Positions 24,439 to 39,871 of a stretch of 64,000 nucleotides of DNA are shown here, piece after piece. Origin of the DNA: TPA_inf: Saccharomyces (taxonomy: Eukaryota); the NCBI GenBank assembly GCA_000146045.2, contig BK006938.2, positions 1,088,001-1,152,000 on the forward strand, given 5' to 3'. Each line of letters begins with the position of its first letter. Position 1 is the first letter of the stretch. Position numbers and translations under genes: made by a program. The notes beneath the pieces are model-generated. The model saw only the letters and a program-made list of their open reading frames with translations, was not told the origin of the DNA and made no database searches.

Positions 24439-24479
24439 GCGTGGAGATTCCGCGAATGATCGAATAATAAAGATATGTC

Positions 24480-26027
24480 TTAATTAAACCCATGGTCACC
24501 CAGCTTCGATTGAACGGTATGTATTCTTGAGTGCAATTCTTCTAAGTTCTTATTAAGTGTGACGATCTCCTCCAATCTACGCTGCTTCTTATAGTCCTGA
24601 ATTGTGGACTCAATAAGGTAGCTTTGTTCCTTTAGGACCATCAATTCTTCTCTCAGCTCTTTCACTTCTTTTATGGTCAAGTTTTCGATCATTAGTTGCG
24701 ATAATTTCTTTACCTCTGGTTCAGCTTTTTGCCCATCTTCATTCGTTTTATGGCCCTCTGGGTTCAAAATTGCCGGAAGCGACTTCAACGGTAGGATTTT
24801 TTCGTTTATGTATGCAGCGGAAGCTATCTTGATCGAATTTTGAAGTTGTCTCTCTAGATGACTTTGAGGTTCTACACTTAAGAGCTGTCTTGTTAGTGTA
24901 TTATACAAGTTAAAAGAATTGAGTAATTTATGTCTTAATCGAGCGAGATCATTCAGATTCTTTGGATCAAGTGTATTTTCAGAATCCTTGGCAGTCTCCA
25001 CCTTCAGGCTATTCAATGAGTCTTCAAAAATGGGCAGGAGACTATCAATTACTTTGGATATATTTTGCATGCTATCATATTTAGCAAATATTCCACTTAG
25101 CGGCATTCTAACGTCCTTGTTAAATTTCCTGCCAATAAATAGCATATCGATACAGTGCGAGCACAATCTTATGGATATAGGAATATGAAGTAAATCATCC
25201 TTCTGTATATTGTATTCGAATGGCAGATCTGACGCTGCAGACATTAAATAACCTATGCTTATTTCGTTTGAGCAGTTCCTGTTTGCATCATCACAAACAA
25301 CCATACCACATAATCTGCAGTGATGCTTCCTTAGTAATAGCCCAAATGGTTCGGAACATATGTTACAAAAGAGTACACTTCTATCATCTCTCCATGGAGT
25401 AACTGTACGTTCTAACTTGGACATTTCACTATTCATCTTCAAATTATGAATAATGGATCTAGAATATGTGTTATAGAGTGTAATCAGACCATCAACTAGA
25501 CGGACAAACCGATTTTCTAATTGTAATAGCCTTAAGTTTTTGTCCTCTCTTTTTATATTTCGTACCTTAAAGAATTCTGGTGTTAAATCTATTACTTCGC
25601 CATAATCGTTATAGCCAGGTTTTGTGACGAAACAATCATGGCAGCAATTGTACCATTTCCCGTTTCTGGGGTCATACTGTGCGGAAAGATTAAGTTTAAT
25701 CATATTAGGAAGATGCCTTCTGCAATACAGTTTACCACATTTCCTACAATTAATGGCGCCAATATTGTTATTCAAAGTCCTTCCACATGTGTGACAGCAG
25801 CTCTTCCCTTTTTTGAATTTTTCCCAATGGCTTCTTTTCAACTTTTGCGCACTGCTATCAACAGATCTGGCCTTTTTTTGTTTACCATTGACTAAACGAC
25901 TGTCATTGGAACCGAGTGAATCTTCATTATCGTTAAACCCATGCTCAACATCTAAATGTGCATTTAGTGCTTGTAAGTTATCAAACTTCCTTAGACAAAT
26001 GGGACATGAAACATTTTCAAGATCCAT
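24480..26027 (-). CDS. PEP7: Vacuolar-sorting FYVE-finger PI3P effector, 515 aa
   Basis: An N-terminal C2H2-like finger, two FYVE-type zinc fingers including RKHHCRLCGMVVC, and a C-terminal coiled coil. Confidence 0.9.
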   Translation of the reverse strand: MDLENVSCPICLRKFDNLQALNAHLDVEHGFNDNEDSLGSNDSRLVNGKQKKARSVDSSAQKLKRSHWEKFKKGKSCCHTCGRTLNNNIGAINCRKCGKLYCRRHLPNMIKLNLSAQYDPRNGKWYNCCHDCFVTKPGYNDYGEVIDLTPEFFKVRNIKREDKNLRLLQLENRFVRLVDGLITLYNTYSRSIIHNLKMNSEMSKLERTVTPWRDDRSVLFCNICSEPFGLLLRKHHCRLCGMVVCDDANRNCSNEISIGYLMSAASDLPFEYNIQKDDLLHIPISIRLCSHCIDMLFIGRKFNKDVRMPLSGIFAKYDSMQNISKVIDSLLPIFEDSLNSLKVETAKDSENTLDPKNLNDLARLRHKLLNSFNLYNTLTRQLLSVEPQSHLERQLQNSIKIASAAYINEKILPLKSLPAILNPEGHKTNEDGQKAEPEVKKLSQLMIENLTIKEVKELREELMVLKEQSYLIESTIQDYKKQRRLEEIVTLNKNLEELHSRIHTVQSKLGDHGFN

Positions 26028-26432
26028 AATAGATAAGTCGCCAGGAAATTCGGTGATATCCCTTTAAAAACCATGAGATCCGGCTTTGCTCTTTAGGTCG
26101 GTCAATTTAGCTACTGATCATATGTTTTCATTATTCTATTGTTTTCCCAAAGTATTACCCTGCCTGGAAATAACAGTGATAGCCAGAGTGATTCCATCGC
26201 CAGTACTTTTGTAATTCAGGAATACATTTATACCAATAAATGGCTCACATTTAATGTCTGCATACGTGATTACTACATATATATGTCTGCGTATGTGCTT
26301 GGCTATTTTACATTAGCGAGTTTCTATAAAGTACTAACGCCATTAGAGTTTTTTGTAACTGAAAAATGCCCTTAGAGTATGATAGCCTTTTAATAGCATC
26401 TCTCTATTCTTCGGTATGTTGACTTAAATTAA

Positions 26433-28763
26433 TCAAAACACTAACTTTGGTTGAATAAACGCCTTTTGTTTGGAGTGAAAAGTTAATGGATTTCTTTCAA
26501 TTATTGCCAATTCATTACTAGAAATTAAGTCAACAAACAGTAAAGGTTTATATTTATCAGTAAAGAAGAAGTGACCGGAGCTTTCTTCGTTTCTTTGTAC
26601 ATCTGTGGACTTTATTTTGTTTCCTTGGTTTAATAATACATTCAAGTTTTCGCTGATTTCCATATCAATATCGTCATCTTCGTCATCTTCCTCGTCGTTC
26701 ATGAAATTACTTTCATCTGTGATAGTTAGCCCTTCGTGTGTACGTTTTTTCTGTTTTCTTCTCTTATTTATAGGGAAGTCAACATCAAAGTCTATTCTTG
26801 ATATCCAAGTAGCCCCCCAAAACCATAATCTGCTACTATTTTCTATGTCTGAAAATATCCCTACACAGTTCTCTTTTAATGTCTTCCATTCTTTTGGTAA
26901 GTTATCCGTATTGTTTTTTGACCATTGAGTTAATACGCTTTCGCTATCTTCATTCTCGGCTTCCGAATTCAAATTCATATTGAATTCATAAATCTTATTG
27001 TCTGCAGTAATTACTACTACAGATTTTCTAGAAGTATTGATATGAACAGCGGTGATGAAATTATTCAAACGAGCAAGTGGTTTAGAAATCCTTGCTTTTA
27101 AGTCTAATATGTCTACGACTCCACAGCCACGAGAAATTACTGCAATGTTCTGGTCTACTTCCAAATGGTTGATCCTGTTAATATAGGGAACTTTGATACT
27201 GCTCTTAGTTGAAGTAACCTCCAAAAGTTCAACTTCTTGCGGTTTTTCATCTTCTTCAGATTCTAGATCCACAATAAATACATCATCTTCGCAAGAGCAT
27301 ATGACAATTTTGGAATTATCGATGAACTTGACTAATTTTGTGGAAGTTCTCAATAATAGGTCATTATCTAGTTTAGTCACTTTCAATTTATTACCTACGG
27401 GCTGTAAATGAAAAACTTTAGTGGTAGAGGGCCTCCCTACGACTAAAACTTGTCCATCAGGTGATAAAGAACAAGTTGAGATATTCTGGTCATCTTTTAA
27501 AGTTAACTTGCAAACTAGCTTATAATTCTGTTCTGTACTAGAATCGGTTCCCATTGTCCATATCTTAACAGTAGATTCGCTCCATGAAACAACAAGGCGT
27601 TGCTCTTTGTTAACTAAAACATTCTTTGAATAAGGTTCGACAGTTGGCATCTTCCTGTAGTTTCCATTAGAAAAAGAAGTAAGTGAGTTGATGACTAGTG
27701 TTTTTTCAACACCTCCTGAAACTAGAAAATCTGCACCTTTAGATTGGTATGCACATATTGCTCTAATGTCGTTTCCATGAAGCAACCTATTAGAAGAATT
27801 TACCCATCTGTTGTTCTTTTGAGATTTGTTAGTGTTTTGAGAAAATTGAAAGATTTTTCTGTCCACACCAGCACTAAAAACATAATTATTATCAGTATCG
27901 GTAGTTAGACACAGTACGTCTGCATCGTGCGCCTTAAATGACTGGTTTAGCGTGGCAAACTGGAAATCCCAGAATTTAATGGAGCCTGTAGAATCACCAG
28001 AGGCAATCTGATCAGTTCTTGGTAAATATATAACTGACCAAACTAGAGTTGATTCTTTTTTGGCCTTGTCGACCTTCATAGTGTGTAATAGACGACCCAT
28101 GTTTTCGTCATTTTTTTGTGCAGACCAAATCCTTATTCTACCATCAGAACAACCACCAATCACGAAGTCATCCTTTTTCCAAGCCAAAGTCAATACTCTG
28201 GCTTCTTGTCTCATCAAAATAGTATCGTGTTCCAAGACACCAGGCCCGCCAGAGATATCTATGAGGACCACCGTCCCATTATCGCAACCCACAGACAGCT
28301 TGTCTTGTGAATCGTTGATGGAAATAGACCATATCACACCTGAATTGCAATCATAGTTTCTTAATGGTAAACCTGTTGCTAAATCCCATTCTGTTACCAC
28401 AGTCGAGCCGCCAATAGAAAATAGCCTTAGAGACTCGCCGTTAACGTTGCTCCAGCAAAGGCCTTCAATTGATCTGTCTTTGCCACCTTCGATAACCATT
28501 TCCTGAAACCAATTGTTTCTAGGATTCCAGATTTCTATGTTACCATTAGATCTACCAATAGCTAATCTCAAATCGGACGGAGTTAACTTATTTATATTTG
28601 ATTTATGTGAAAATGCTAGAGATGTGATTGTGGCAGGAGTGAAATCCACAAATCTGCATCTATGCACTATCATCCTTTCCTGACTGGTCATCTTCACCGG
28701 TTTGTTTCGTATTTTCAGGCTTCTTGACTTTTCTTTTAAAACTGAAAGTAGCGATGAGCTCAT
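26433..28763 (-). CDS. UTP4: SSU-processome t-UTP subunit with WD40 repeats, 776 aa
   Basis: ATG is cat at 28761-28763; the WD-repeat character runs throughout. Size and synteny match. Confidence 0.85.
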   Translation of the reverse strand: MSSSLLSVLKEKSRSLKIRNKPVKMTSQERMIVHRCRFVDFTPATITSLAFSHKSNINKLTPSDLRLAIGRSNGNIEIWNPRNNWFQEMVIEGGKDRSIEGLCWSNVNGESLRLFSIGGSTVVTEWDLATGLPLRNYDCNSGVIWSISINDSQDKLSVGCDNGTVVLIDISGGPGVLEHDTILMRQEARVLTLAWKKDDFVIGGCSDGRIRIWSAQKNDENMGRLLHTMKVDKAKKESTLVWSVIYLPRTDQIASGDSTGSIKFWDFQFATLNQSFKAHDADVLCLTTDTDNNYVFSAGVDRKIFQFSQNTNKSQKNNRWVNSSNRLLHGNDIRAICAYQSKGADFLVSGGVEKTLVINSLTSFSNGNYRKMPTVEPYSKNVLVNKEQRLVVSWSESTVKIWTMGTDSSTEQNYKLVCKLTLKDDQNISTCSLSPDGQVLVVGRPSTTKVFHLQPVGNKLKVTKLDNDLLLRTSTKLVKFIDNSKIVICSCEDDVFIVDLESEEDEKPQEVELLEVTSTKSSIKVPYINRINHLEVDQNIAVISRGCGVVDILDLKARISKPLARLNNFITAVHINTSRKSVVVITADNKIYEFNMNLNSEAENEDSESVLTQWSKNNTDNLPKEWKTLKENCVGIFSDIENSSRLWFWGATWISRIDFDVDFPINKRRKQKKRTHEGLTITDESNFMNDEEDDEDDDIDMEISENLNVLLNQGNKIKSTDVQRNEESSGHFFFTDKYKPLLFVDLISSNELAIIERNPLTFHSKQKAFIQPKLVF

Positions 28764-28788
28764 TCGTAGCTTTTTTCTTGTCAGTCTG

Positions 28789-28797
28789 AAAATTTTT
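28789..28797. promoter_or_regulatory. RRPE-like motif (AAAATTTTT) about 30 bp upstream of the UTP4 ATG
   Basis: The sequence is tgAAAATTTTTca. A GCGATGAG (PAC) octamer also sits at 28751-28758, overlapping codons 2-4. Confidence 0.35.
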
Positions 28798-29125
28798 CAT
28801 TTGGTTTTTTGAAAAAAATCCTGCCTAATATGGTATCAAGAGGAATAACAAGAAAAAAAAATCATGGGGGATACAAAGGAAAACAAGGAGATAATGCAGG
28901 TTATACTGAATTGCTCATAGTATTAGCCTAAAGCACTTTACCTCTGATTTATTGCATCTATCGTATTCTTGAGTTATTGCGACTTTTAAAATCCGTGCAC
29001 CGCATATGAAAGGGTAGAGCCTTCGTGTTTGTTTACCTTTTTAGCTCTTTGAAGATCAAACAAAAACACTTCAGTAATGCCTACAGCCTTGGATAAGACA
29101 AAGAAGTTAACAGGCCGCGCCCATC

Positions 29126-32100
29126 ATGCAAGATCCTGATGGTATTGACATTAATACGAAAATCTTTAACTCAGTTGCTGAAGTATTTCAAAAGGCACAG
29201 GGTTCTTATGCAGGACACAGGAAGCATATAGCAGTTTTGAAGAAAATTCAGTCAAAGGCTGTTGAGCAAGGCTATGAAGATGCTTTTAACTTTTGGTTCG
29301 ATAAATTAGTTACTAAGATCCTTCCTCTGAAAAAGAATGAGATTATCGGAGACAGGATAGTAAAGTTAGTAGCTGCATTTATAGCTTCTTTAGAAAGGGA
29401 GTTGATATTGGCCAAAAAACAAAACTATAAGCTCACGAATGATGAAGAAGGGATATTCTCAAGGTTCGTCGATCAGTTCATAAGACATGTTTTGCGTGGT
29501 GTGGAAAGCCCTGACAAGAACGTCAGATTTAGAGTTTTACAGTTATTAGCCGTTATAATGGATAATATAGGGGAAATCGATGAATCACTTTTCAATTTAT
29601 TAATATTGTCTTTAAATAAGAGGATTTATGATAGAGAACCAACGGTTAGGATACAGGCTGTGTTTTGTTTAACTAAATTTCAGGATGAAGAGCAAACTGA
29701 ACATTTAACTGAGCTTTCTGATAATGAAGAAAATTTTGAAGCTACGAGAACTCTAGTTGCTTCTATCCAGAACGATCCGTCAGCTGAAGTACGGAGGGCT
29801 GCAATGCTGAATTTGATCAATGATAATAATACTAGACCGTATATCTTGGAGAGGGCTAGAGATGTAAACATCGTTAATAGAAGGCTCGTGTATTCGAGAA
29901 TTTTGAAATCAATGGGAAGAAAGTGTTTCGATGATATTGAGCCGCATATTTTTGATCAATTGATTGAGTGGGGTTTAGAAGATAGGGAATTATCAGTGAG
30001 AAATGCGTGTAAGAGACTCATTGCTCATGATTGGTTAAATGCTCTGGATGGCGATTTGATAGAATTACTAGAAAAATTGGATGTCTCAAGATCCTCAGTG
30101 TGTGTTAAGGCTATAGAAGCACTTTTTCAATCAAGGCCAGATATATTATCTAAAATCAAATTTCCTGAAAGTATTTGGAAAGACTTTACCGTAGAAATTG
30201 CCTTCCTCTTTCGGGCTATTTATTTGTACTGTTTGGATAATAATATAACAGAAATGCTGGAAGAAAACTTTCCAGAAGCCTCAAAATTATCCGAGCATTT
30301 AAACCATTATATTCTTCTCAGATATCATCACAACGACATTTCTAATGACTCTCAGTCGCATTTTGATTATAACACTTTAGAGTTTATTATTGAGCAACTA
30401 TCGATTGCCGCCGAAAGGTATGATTATAGCGATGAGGTTGGAAGGAGATCGATGCTTACAGTGGTACGAAATATGCTGGCCTTAACTACACTCTCCGAAC
30501 CTCTTATTAAAATTGGTATTCGTGTAATGAAAAGTCTGTCCATAAATGAAAAAGATTTTGTAACAATGGCAATAGAAATCATTAATGATATTAGAGACGA
30601 CGATATTGAAAAACAAGAACAAGAAGAGAAAATAAAAAGCAAGAAGATTAATCGCAGAAATGAGACTTCCGTCGATGAAGAGGACGAAAACGGCACACAT
30701 AATGACGAAGTTAACGAGGATGAAGAAGACGACAATATTTCATCCTTCCATTCTGCTGTAGAAAACTTAGTGCAGGGAAACGGCAACGTATCTGAGAGTG
30801 ACATAATAAATAATCTCCCACCCGAAAAGGAAGCGTCCTCAGCAACAATTGTTCTCTGTCTTACAAGGTCATCATATATGCTAGAACTAGTTAACACACC
30901 GTTAACAGAAAACATTTTAATTGCGTCGTTGATGGACACTTTGATCACACCAGCGGTTAGAAATACCGCGCCAAATATTAGGGAGCTTGGTGTCAAGAAC
31001 CTTGGTTTATGTTGTCTCTTGGATGTGAAGTTGGCTATTGATAACATGTACATCTTAGGTATGTGCGTTTCGAAAGGTAATGCATCATTAAAGTATATTG
31101 CGTTACAAGTCATTGTAGATATTTTTTCCGTACATGGGAACACTGTGGTAGACGGAGAAGGCAAAGTTGACTCAATCTCGTTGCACAAAATATTTTACAA
31201 GGTTTTAAAGAATAACGGTTTACCGGAATGTCAGGTGATAGCAGCGGAGGGTTTATGCAAACTATTTTTGGCAGACGTGTTCACTGATGATGATTTGTTT
31301 GAAACGTTGGTTTTGTCATATTTTTCGCCGATAAATTCCTCAAACGAAGCGCTGGTACAGGCATTTGCCTTCTGCATTCCAGTCTATTGTTTTTCACATC
31401 CTGCTCATCAACAACGTATGTCTAGGACGGCTGCGGACATACTCTTAAGACTATGTGTTCTTTGGGACGATTTACAGAGCTCTGTAATACCTGAGGTAGA
31501 CCGTGAAGCTATGCTAAAGCCTAACATAATATTTCAACAGTTGCTATTTTGGACTGATCCACGTAACTTAGTTAACCAGACAGGTTCAACAAAAAAAGAT
31601 ACAGTGCAGCTTACATTCTTGATCGATGTGCTCAAAATATACGCTCAAATTGAGAAGAAAGAAATAAAGAAGATGATCATCACTAATATAAACGCTATAT
31701 TTCTTTCTTCTGAACAAGATTATTCTACTTTGAAAGAACTTCTTGAGTATTCTGACGATATTGCAGAAAATGATAATTTAGACAATGTTAGCAAAAATGC
31801 TCTGGACAAGCTAAGGAATAATTTGAATTCGCTGATTGAAGAGATCAATGAAAGGTCAGAAACTCAGACAAAAGATGAGAACAACACTGCGAATGACCAA
31901 TACTCGTCTATTTTGGGGAATTCATTCAATAAATCTTCAAATGACACCATAGAACACGCTGCTGATATAACTGATGGAAATAACACAGAATTGACTAAAA
32001 CAACTGTTAATATTTCGGCAGTTGACAATACAACAGAGCAAAGTAACTCAAGGAAAAGAACGAGATCAGAAGCGGAGCAAATTGACACATCCAAAAACCT

Positions 32101-32233
32101 GGAAAACATGAGTATTCAAGACACGTCAACTGTAGCAAAAAATGTAAGTTTTGTTTTACCTGACGAGAAATCAGATGCAATGTCCATAGATGAAGAAGAT
32201 AAGGATTCAGAGTCTTTCAGCGAGGTCTGTTAA
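29126..32233 (+). CDS. YCG1: Condensin non-SMC HEAT-repeat subunit (CAP-G homologue), 1035 aa
   Basis: ATG at 29126. The protein is a long HEAT/ARM-like helical repeat with an acidic insert and a Ser/Thr-rich C-terminus. Confidence 0.85.
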   Translation: MQDPDGIDINTKIFNSVAEVFQKAQGSYAGHRKHIAVLKKIQSKAVEQGYEDAFNFWFDKLVTKILPLKKNEIIGDRIVKLVAAFIASLERELILAKKQNYKLTNDEEGIFSRFVDQFIRHVLRGVESPDKNVRFRVLQLLAVIMDNIGEIDESLFNLLILSLNKRIYDREPTVRIQAVFCLTKFQDEEQTEHLTELSDNEENFEATRTLVASIQNDPSAEVRRAAMLNLINDNNTRPYILERARDVNIVNRRLVYSRILKSMGRKCFDDIEPHIFDQLIEWGLEDRELSVRNACKRLIAHDWLNALDGDLIELLEKLDVSRSSVCVKAIEALFQSRPDILSKIKFPESIWKDFTVEIAFLFRAIYLYCLDNNITEMLEENFPEASKLSEHLNHYILLRYHHNDISNDSQSHFDYNTLEFIIEQLSIAAERYDYSDEVGRRSMLTVVRNMLALTTLSEPLIKIGIRVMKSLSINEKDFVTMAIEIINDIRDDDIEKQEQEEKIKSKKINRRNETSVDEEDENGTHNDEVNEDEEDDNISSFHSAVENLVQGNGNVSESDIINNLPPEKEASSATIVLCLTRSSYMLELVNTPLTENILIASLMDTLITPAVRNTAPNIRELGVKNLGLCCLLDVKLAIDNMYILGMCVSKGNASLKYIALQVIVDIFSVHGNTVVDGEGKVDSISLHKIFYKVLKNNGLPECQVIAAEGLCKLFLADVFTDDDLFETLVLSYFSPINSSNEALVQAFAFCIPVYCFSHPAHQQRMSRTAADILLRLCVLWDDLQSSVIPEVDREAMLKPNIIFQQLLFWTDPRNLVNQTGSTKKDTVQLTFLIDVLKIYAQIEKKEIKKMIITNINAIFLSSEQDYSTLKELLEYSDDIAENDNLDNVSKNALDKLRNNLNSLIEEINERSETQTKDENNTANDQYSSILGNSFNKSSNDTIEHAADITDGNNTELTKTTVNISAVDNTTEQSNSRKRTRSEAEQIDTSKNLENMSIQDTSTVAKNVSFVLPDEKSDAMSIDEEDKDSESFSEVC

Positions 32234-32608
32234 AATTGATATGCGAGCTCTTCATCTATTTAAGTTGATTTTTTGGTTGTAAACATATTTGTATTTTATT
32301 CTTAGGTTTGTTAATTCTTCTACGCTTACCAGATATAGATGCTATATGTTATTGCATTACGCACATTACCCGGTGGGACAAATTATGGAAATATTCCAAG
32401 GCTATAAATTCTTTGGTGAAAGGAACTGAAATTATGTCCAGTAATGCACCAGAAATGGACATATAAAACTATTAATGCATTTTATTACAATTATCCTAAG
32501 AAAATATCCTATATATAATTAAAGTAAAAGAAATAAGATCAAAAGAACAAAATAAAGTCGAGTAGAATTTTCCTACTTGACTATATTAGAACGAAAAATG
32601 TTATTTTA

Positions 32609-36928
<4,320 letters not shown>

Positions 36929-37433
36929 TTAGGGATATCTGTACAGCTGCTGCTTCTATATATTTATATGTGATTAGCAATCAATATACCCTATTTTAGA
37001 TGAATAATTTAAAGCAAAGGGTTAAGCTGGTGTTGAAATGCTCGAAGAAAATAAACTTGACTTAAAATTTAGACCAAATATTTCACAAATATGATTCAAA
37101 ACGGAGTGTTTACAGCTATCTGTCCTAAATTTATCCCGTCTCATCATGTAAACAATAGCTTTTATAACTCAATAATTTTCCTTTTTTCTTCTTGTCACTT
37201 TTGCGGCTTTTAGAAGACGCCTATCGCTACACACGACGATGGACCACACATCTTATTGTAGTTTGAAGTTTATGTAAACTGTATACATATATAATTCATA
37301 CATGCTTGGTTATGGTGGACTAACGTACACATTGCATGACAGCAAGCCTTGTTTGCTTATTTTTGCCTATCTTGCTCTGAAATGGCGCATTATCATCGGA
37401 AGAAAGGATCACAGTCATCAGAGGAAATGTAGG

Positions 37434-38018
37434 CTAACGGTCTTCAGCCCATTCATTTTCACGCCTAATGGCAGCCTCCTCCTCTGGAGTGAAGTCGTTG
37501 ACGATATTAAACGTTCTTCTAATTTCCTCGGGAGACCTTCCCCTGATCATTTCAGCAACCACCTTGCAGCCAGCGTCAAGCAAGGGCTTGATGTTGAGGT
37601 AGTTTGCCGCCAGAATAATTTCGTATAGCATCTCTTGGTCCACTTTCAGGAATTCTCTGTCCCATGAGTCCACGGGAGCACTCTTTCTGGAATCGTCGTC
37701 ATCTTCGTCAGGGAAGTTAGAGTCTCTGTGGTGCTCGGCCCATTCGATAACCTTCTGCAAAACGGAAGACCGAACATTGGGCACGGGCATCACAATCTCG
37801 TCGTCATCCTCATCGTCGTCGTCACCGTTATTGTTGTCTTTGCTTTTGTGGTTCGTTTCCGAGTCTGAATCTGATTCTGAATCTGAGTTGTTTTGTAGGT
37901 TGCTGTCATGCATATCGTTCAGATAGTTTTTCAATAGCAGGGATCTCTCCGCGATTTTCTTGTCTACGGTGAATCGTTCACCCTCACCACTCACTAGGAC
38001 AACATTAGAAGTCACCAT
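37434..38018 (-). CDS. SKP1: SCF ubiquitin-ligase / CBF3 kinetochore subunit Skp1, 194 aa
   Basis: Unmistakable Skp1 sequence (…KVIEWAEHH…[49 protein letters not shown]), with the yeast-specific acidic/Ser insert. Confidence 0.97.
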
Positions 38019-38269
38019 ATCTGCGCTACGTTTGTTAGTATTCCTGTATTGTTTATAACGTCTTTTCTGTTATATCTTTGCCAACGTTGGGCTATCACTT
38101 TCTCTGCCCTCAATATATCAACCTATTTCTTCCCTTTCTCTTCTTTTCTCCAAGACGCCCGTTAAATCGCTGCAGGGTAATGTCATGTTACCTATTGCAC
38201 ACTTACTGTATTAAAGATTACGCTATATATATATATATTCTGGTGTGAGTGTCAGTACTTATTCAGAGA

Positions 38270-39595
38270 TTAAGGCTTGAAGGAAAACGAGCTGGAGACG
38301 CCAAAGTTGCTGTATACGCTGGCGCTCAGATCATCGAGCGGCTGCACAGAATCCAGAGTGGCCAGGTATTCGTTCACGCTGCCGCTATGGGAAGACCCGG
38401 CAGTTGTTTGAAGCATTTCTTGGCAACAGTCTTTCATCGACATAGCGAAAACTGCCATTTGATACTGTTGCTGATCTTCTTGGCCAGGTTTTTTCTTGGC
38501 TATTGTCTTTATGCCGACCTTGTTCATTATGAAATGGAATGATTCATTTATTAGAGACTCTAACACTATGGATGTTGCTGTGCTTTCGATACATTGGGTC
38601 AGTTCATTCACCAATTGATTAAAAACTAGTGTGTTAGAGTGAAAACTTGTTAAAGCATCCGCGTCAAGCGTCTGTGACAGAAGAAACTCCTGTCCACTGG
38701 AATCTTTAGGAAGCAAAATAGACGTGAGGTTATTATTATTTTGCTGGAATATTTGGGAATTCGTGTTCCGGAATATGTTCGTGAGACGAGAACTAAATTC
38801 TTCTAACGTTAGAGTATCTCTTGGGTGTATGCCGTCAAATTCAATTTCGATTTGATTTGTAATTATTTCATTGTAACTCAACCACCCCTTGTTAAGAATC
38901 CACCATGATAGTGATAGGAAAGCTTGCTCATTAATATACACTTCCTGGCCTTCTTTCTTTGACTTTTTTGCTGCCATTACCATTGCATCATCCGCTTTGT
39001 CCTCCGGATCGCTCCACCACGATGTAACCCAGTTATAGAACCTATTCTGTAGTTTGTTGCAGTTTTCCTGCTGCATGGTTAATTTTATTGCGGAGTCCAG
39101 GTACTCGTTTCTTGTCAGGATATTTAGTTGCAGTCTTGTTAAAAGAATCAGCGACGATACTGTGTACGTCACTGTCACCAGCTTGATCAAACTCTTTAGT
39201 TCTAACTCGTTCCACAACTCAGCTTTACTTTTTAACGGCGAACTTTCTCTGCTTTCACTAGACTTTGCTCTAGTCAACTGGTTCTTTTGGTCCTTTAATT
39301 GGGTAACGATGCTGTCCAAATTCAAATCGTTTTCATTCAAAACCATTCTCCATACAGGAAGTAGCTCGTATATTGTGTACAACGAGTCTTCCTGTGTCTG
39401 CTCGAACCTTCTTTTGATCTGTTCTTTGATGAAGTGTTGCTCAGTAATCCGTAACTGCTGTTTATACAACCATCTCTTCACGAAAAACACTACCACCGAC
39501 CCTGTGGTAAATAAAGCAGCTATTCCAGTCAATGAAATGAGTACCTTTCCTCGATGTCTCTGCAGAAGCGAACGTGATCTTTGATTTGGGGCCAT
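38270..39595 (-). CDS. PEX3: Peroxisomal membrane biogenesis factor, 441 aa
   Basis: ATG is confirmed; an N-terminal TM segment (ISLTGIAALFTTGSVVVFFV) is present. Length and synteny match. Confidence 0.85.
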   Translation of the reverse strand: MAPNQRSRSLLQRHRGKVLISLTGIAALFTTGSVVVFFVKRWLYKQQLRITEQHFIKEQIKRRFEQTQEDSLYTIYELLPVWRMVLNENDLNLDSIVTQLKDQKNQLTRAKSSESRESSPLKSKAELWNELELKSLIKLVTVTYTVSSLILLTRLQLNILTRNEYLDSAIKLTMQQENCNKLQNRFYNWVTSWWSDPEDKADDAMVMAAKKSKKEGQEVYINEQAFLSLSWWILNKGWLSYNEIITNQIEIEFDGIHPRDTLTLEEFSSRLTNIFRNTNSQIFQQNNNNLTSILLPKDSSGQEFLLSQTLDADALTSFHSNTLVFNQLVNELTQCIESTATSIVLESLINESFHFIMNKVGIKTIAKKKPGQEDQQQYQMAVFAMSMKDCCQEMLQTTAGSSHSGSVNEYLATLDSVQPLDDLSASVYSNFGVSSSFSFKP

Positions 39596-39871
39596 CCTTT
39601 TAGTGGTTTGCCTCCTTGTTTCGTGCTTCTGCTTTTACGATGACTAGTATTAACTACCTCAATAATATACCCCATGCTCATATAAGTCGAATAACGCCCT
39701 TATCATTACACACGATTACCAAAATGCAAGGAATTTTTAAGGAAAAAGGGAAATATTCATACATTCACGCAAACTCTACTACTTGTTAACGACATCTTAG
39801 CTATGATCGCTCAATAGTGTCACTACAAACGCATAGACTACGACGTGTGGCAATAATAACATACCTTTTAT

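Noticed and set aside
30424-31188. 254-aa Ser-rich antisense ORF inside YCG1, plus other long internal antisense ORFs (48591-48926 in SWR1, 40741-41127 in UBX5, 46848-47186 in RQC1, 33093-33404 in YSP2, 6485-6808 in OMS1)
   Set aside because: These are mirror images of acidic (GAA/GAT-rich) coding stretches, which read as poly-Ser/Phe/Leu on the other strand. They have no start context or conservation signal and are fully nested in well-supported genes.
37302-37628. 108-aa plus-strand ORF overlapping the SKP1 3' half on the opposite strand
   Set aside because: It lies entirely antisense to the highly conserved SKP1 coding sequence with no domain features. It corresponds to a known dubious ORF (recalled as YDR327W).
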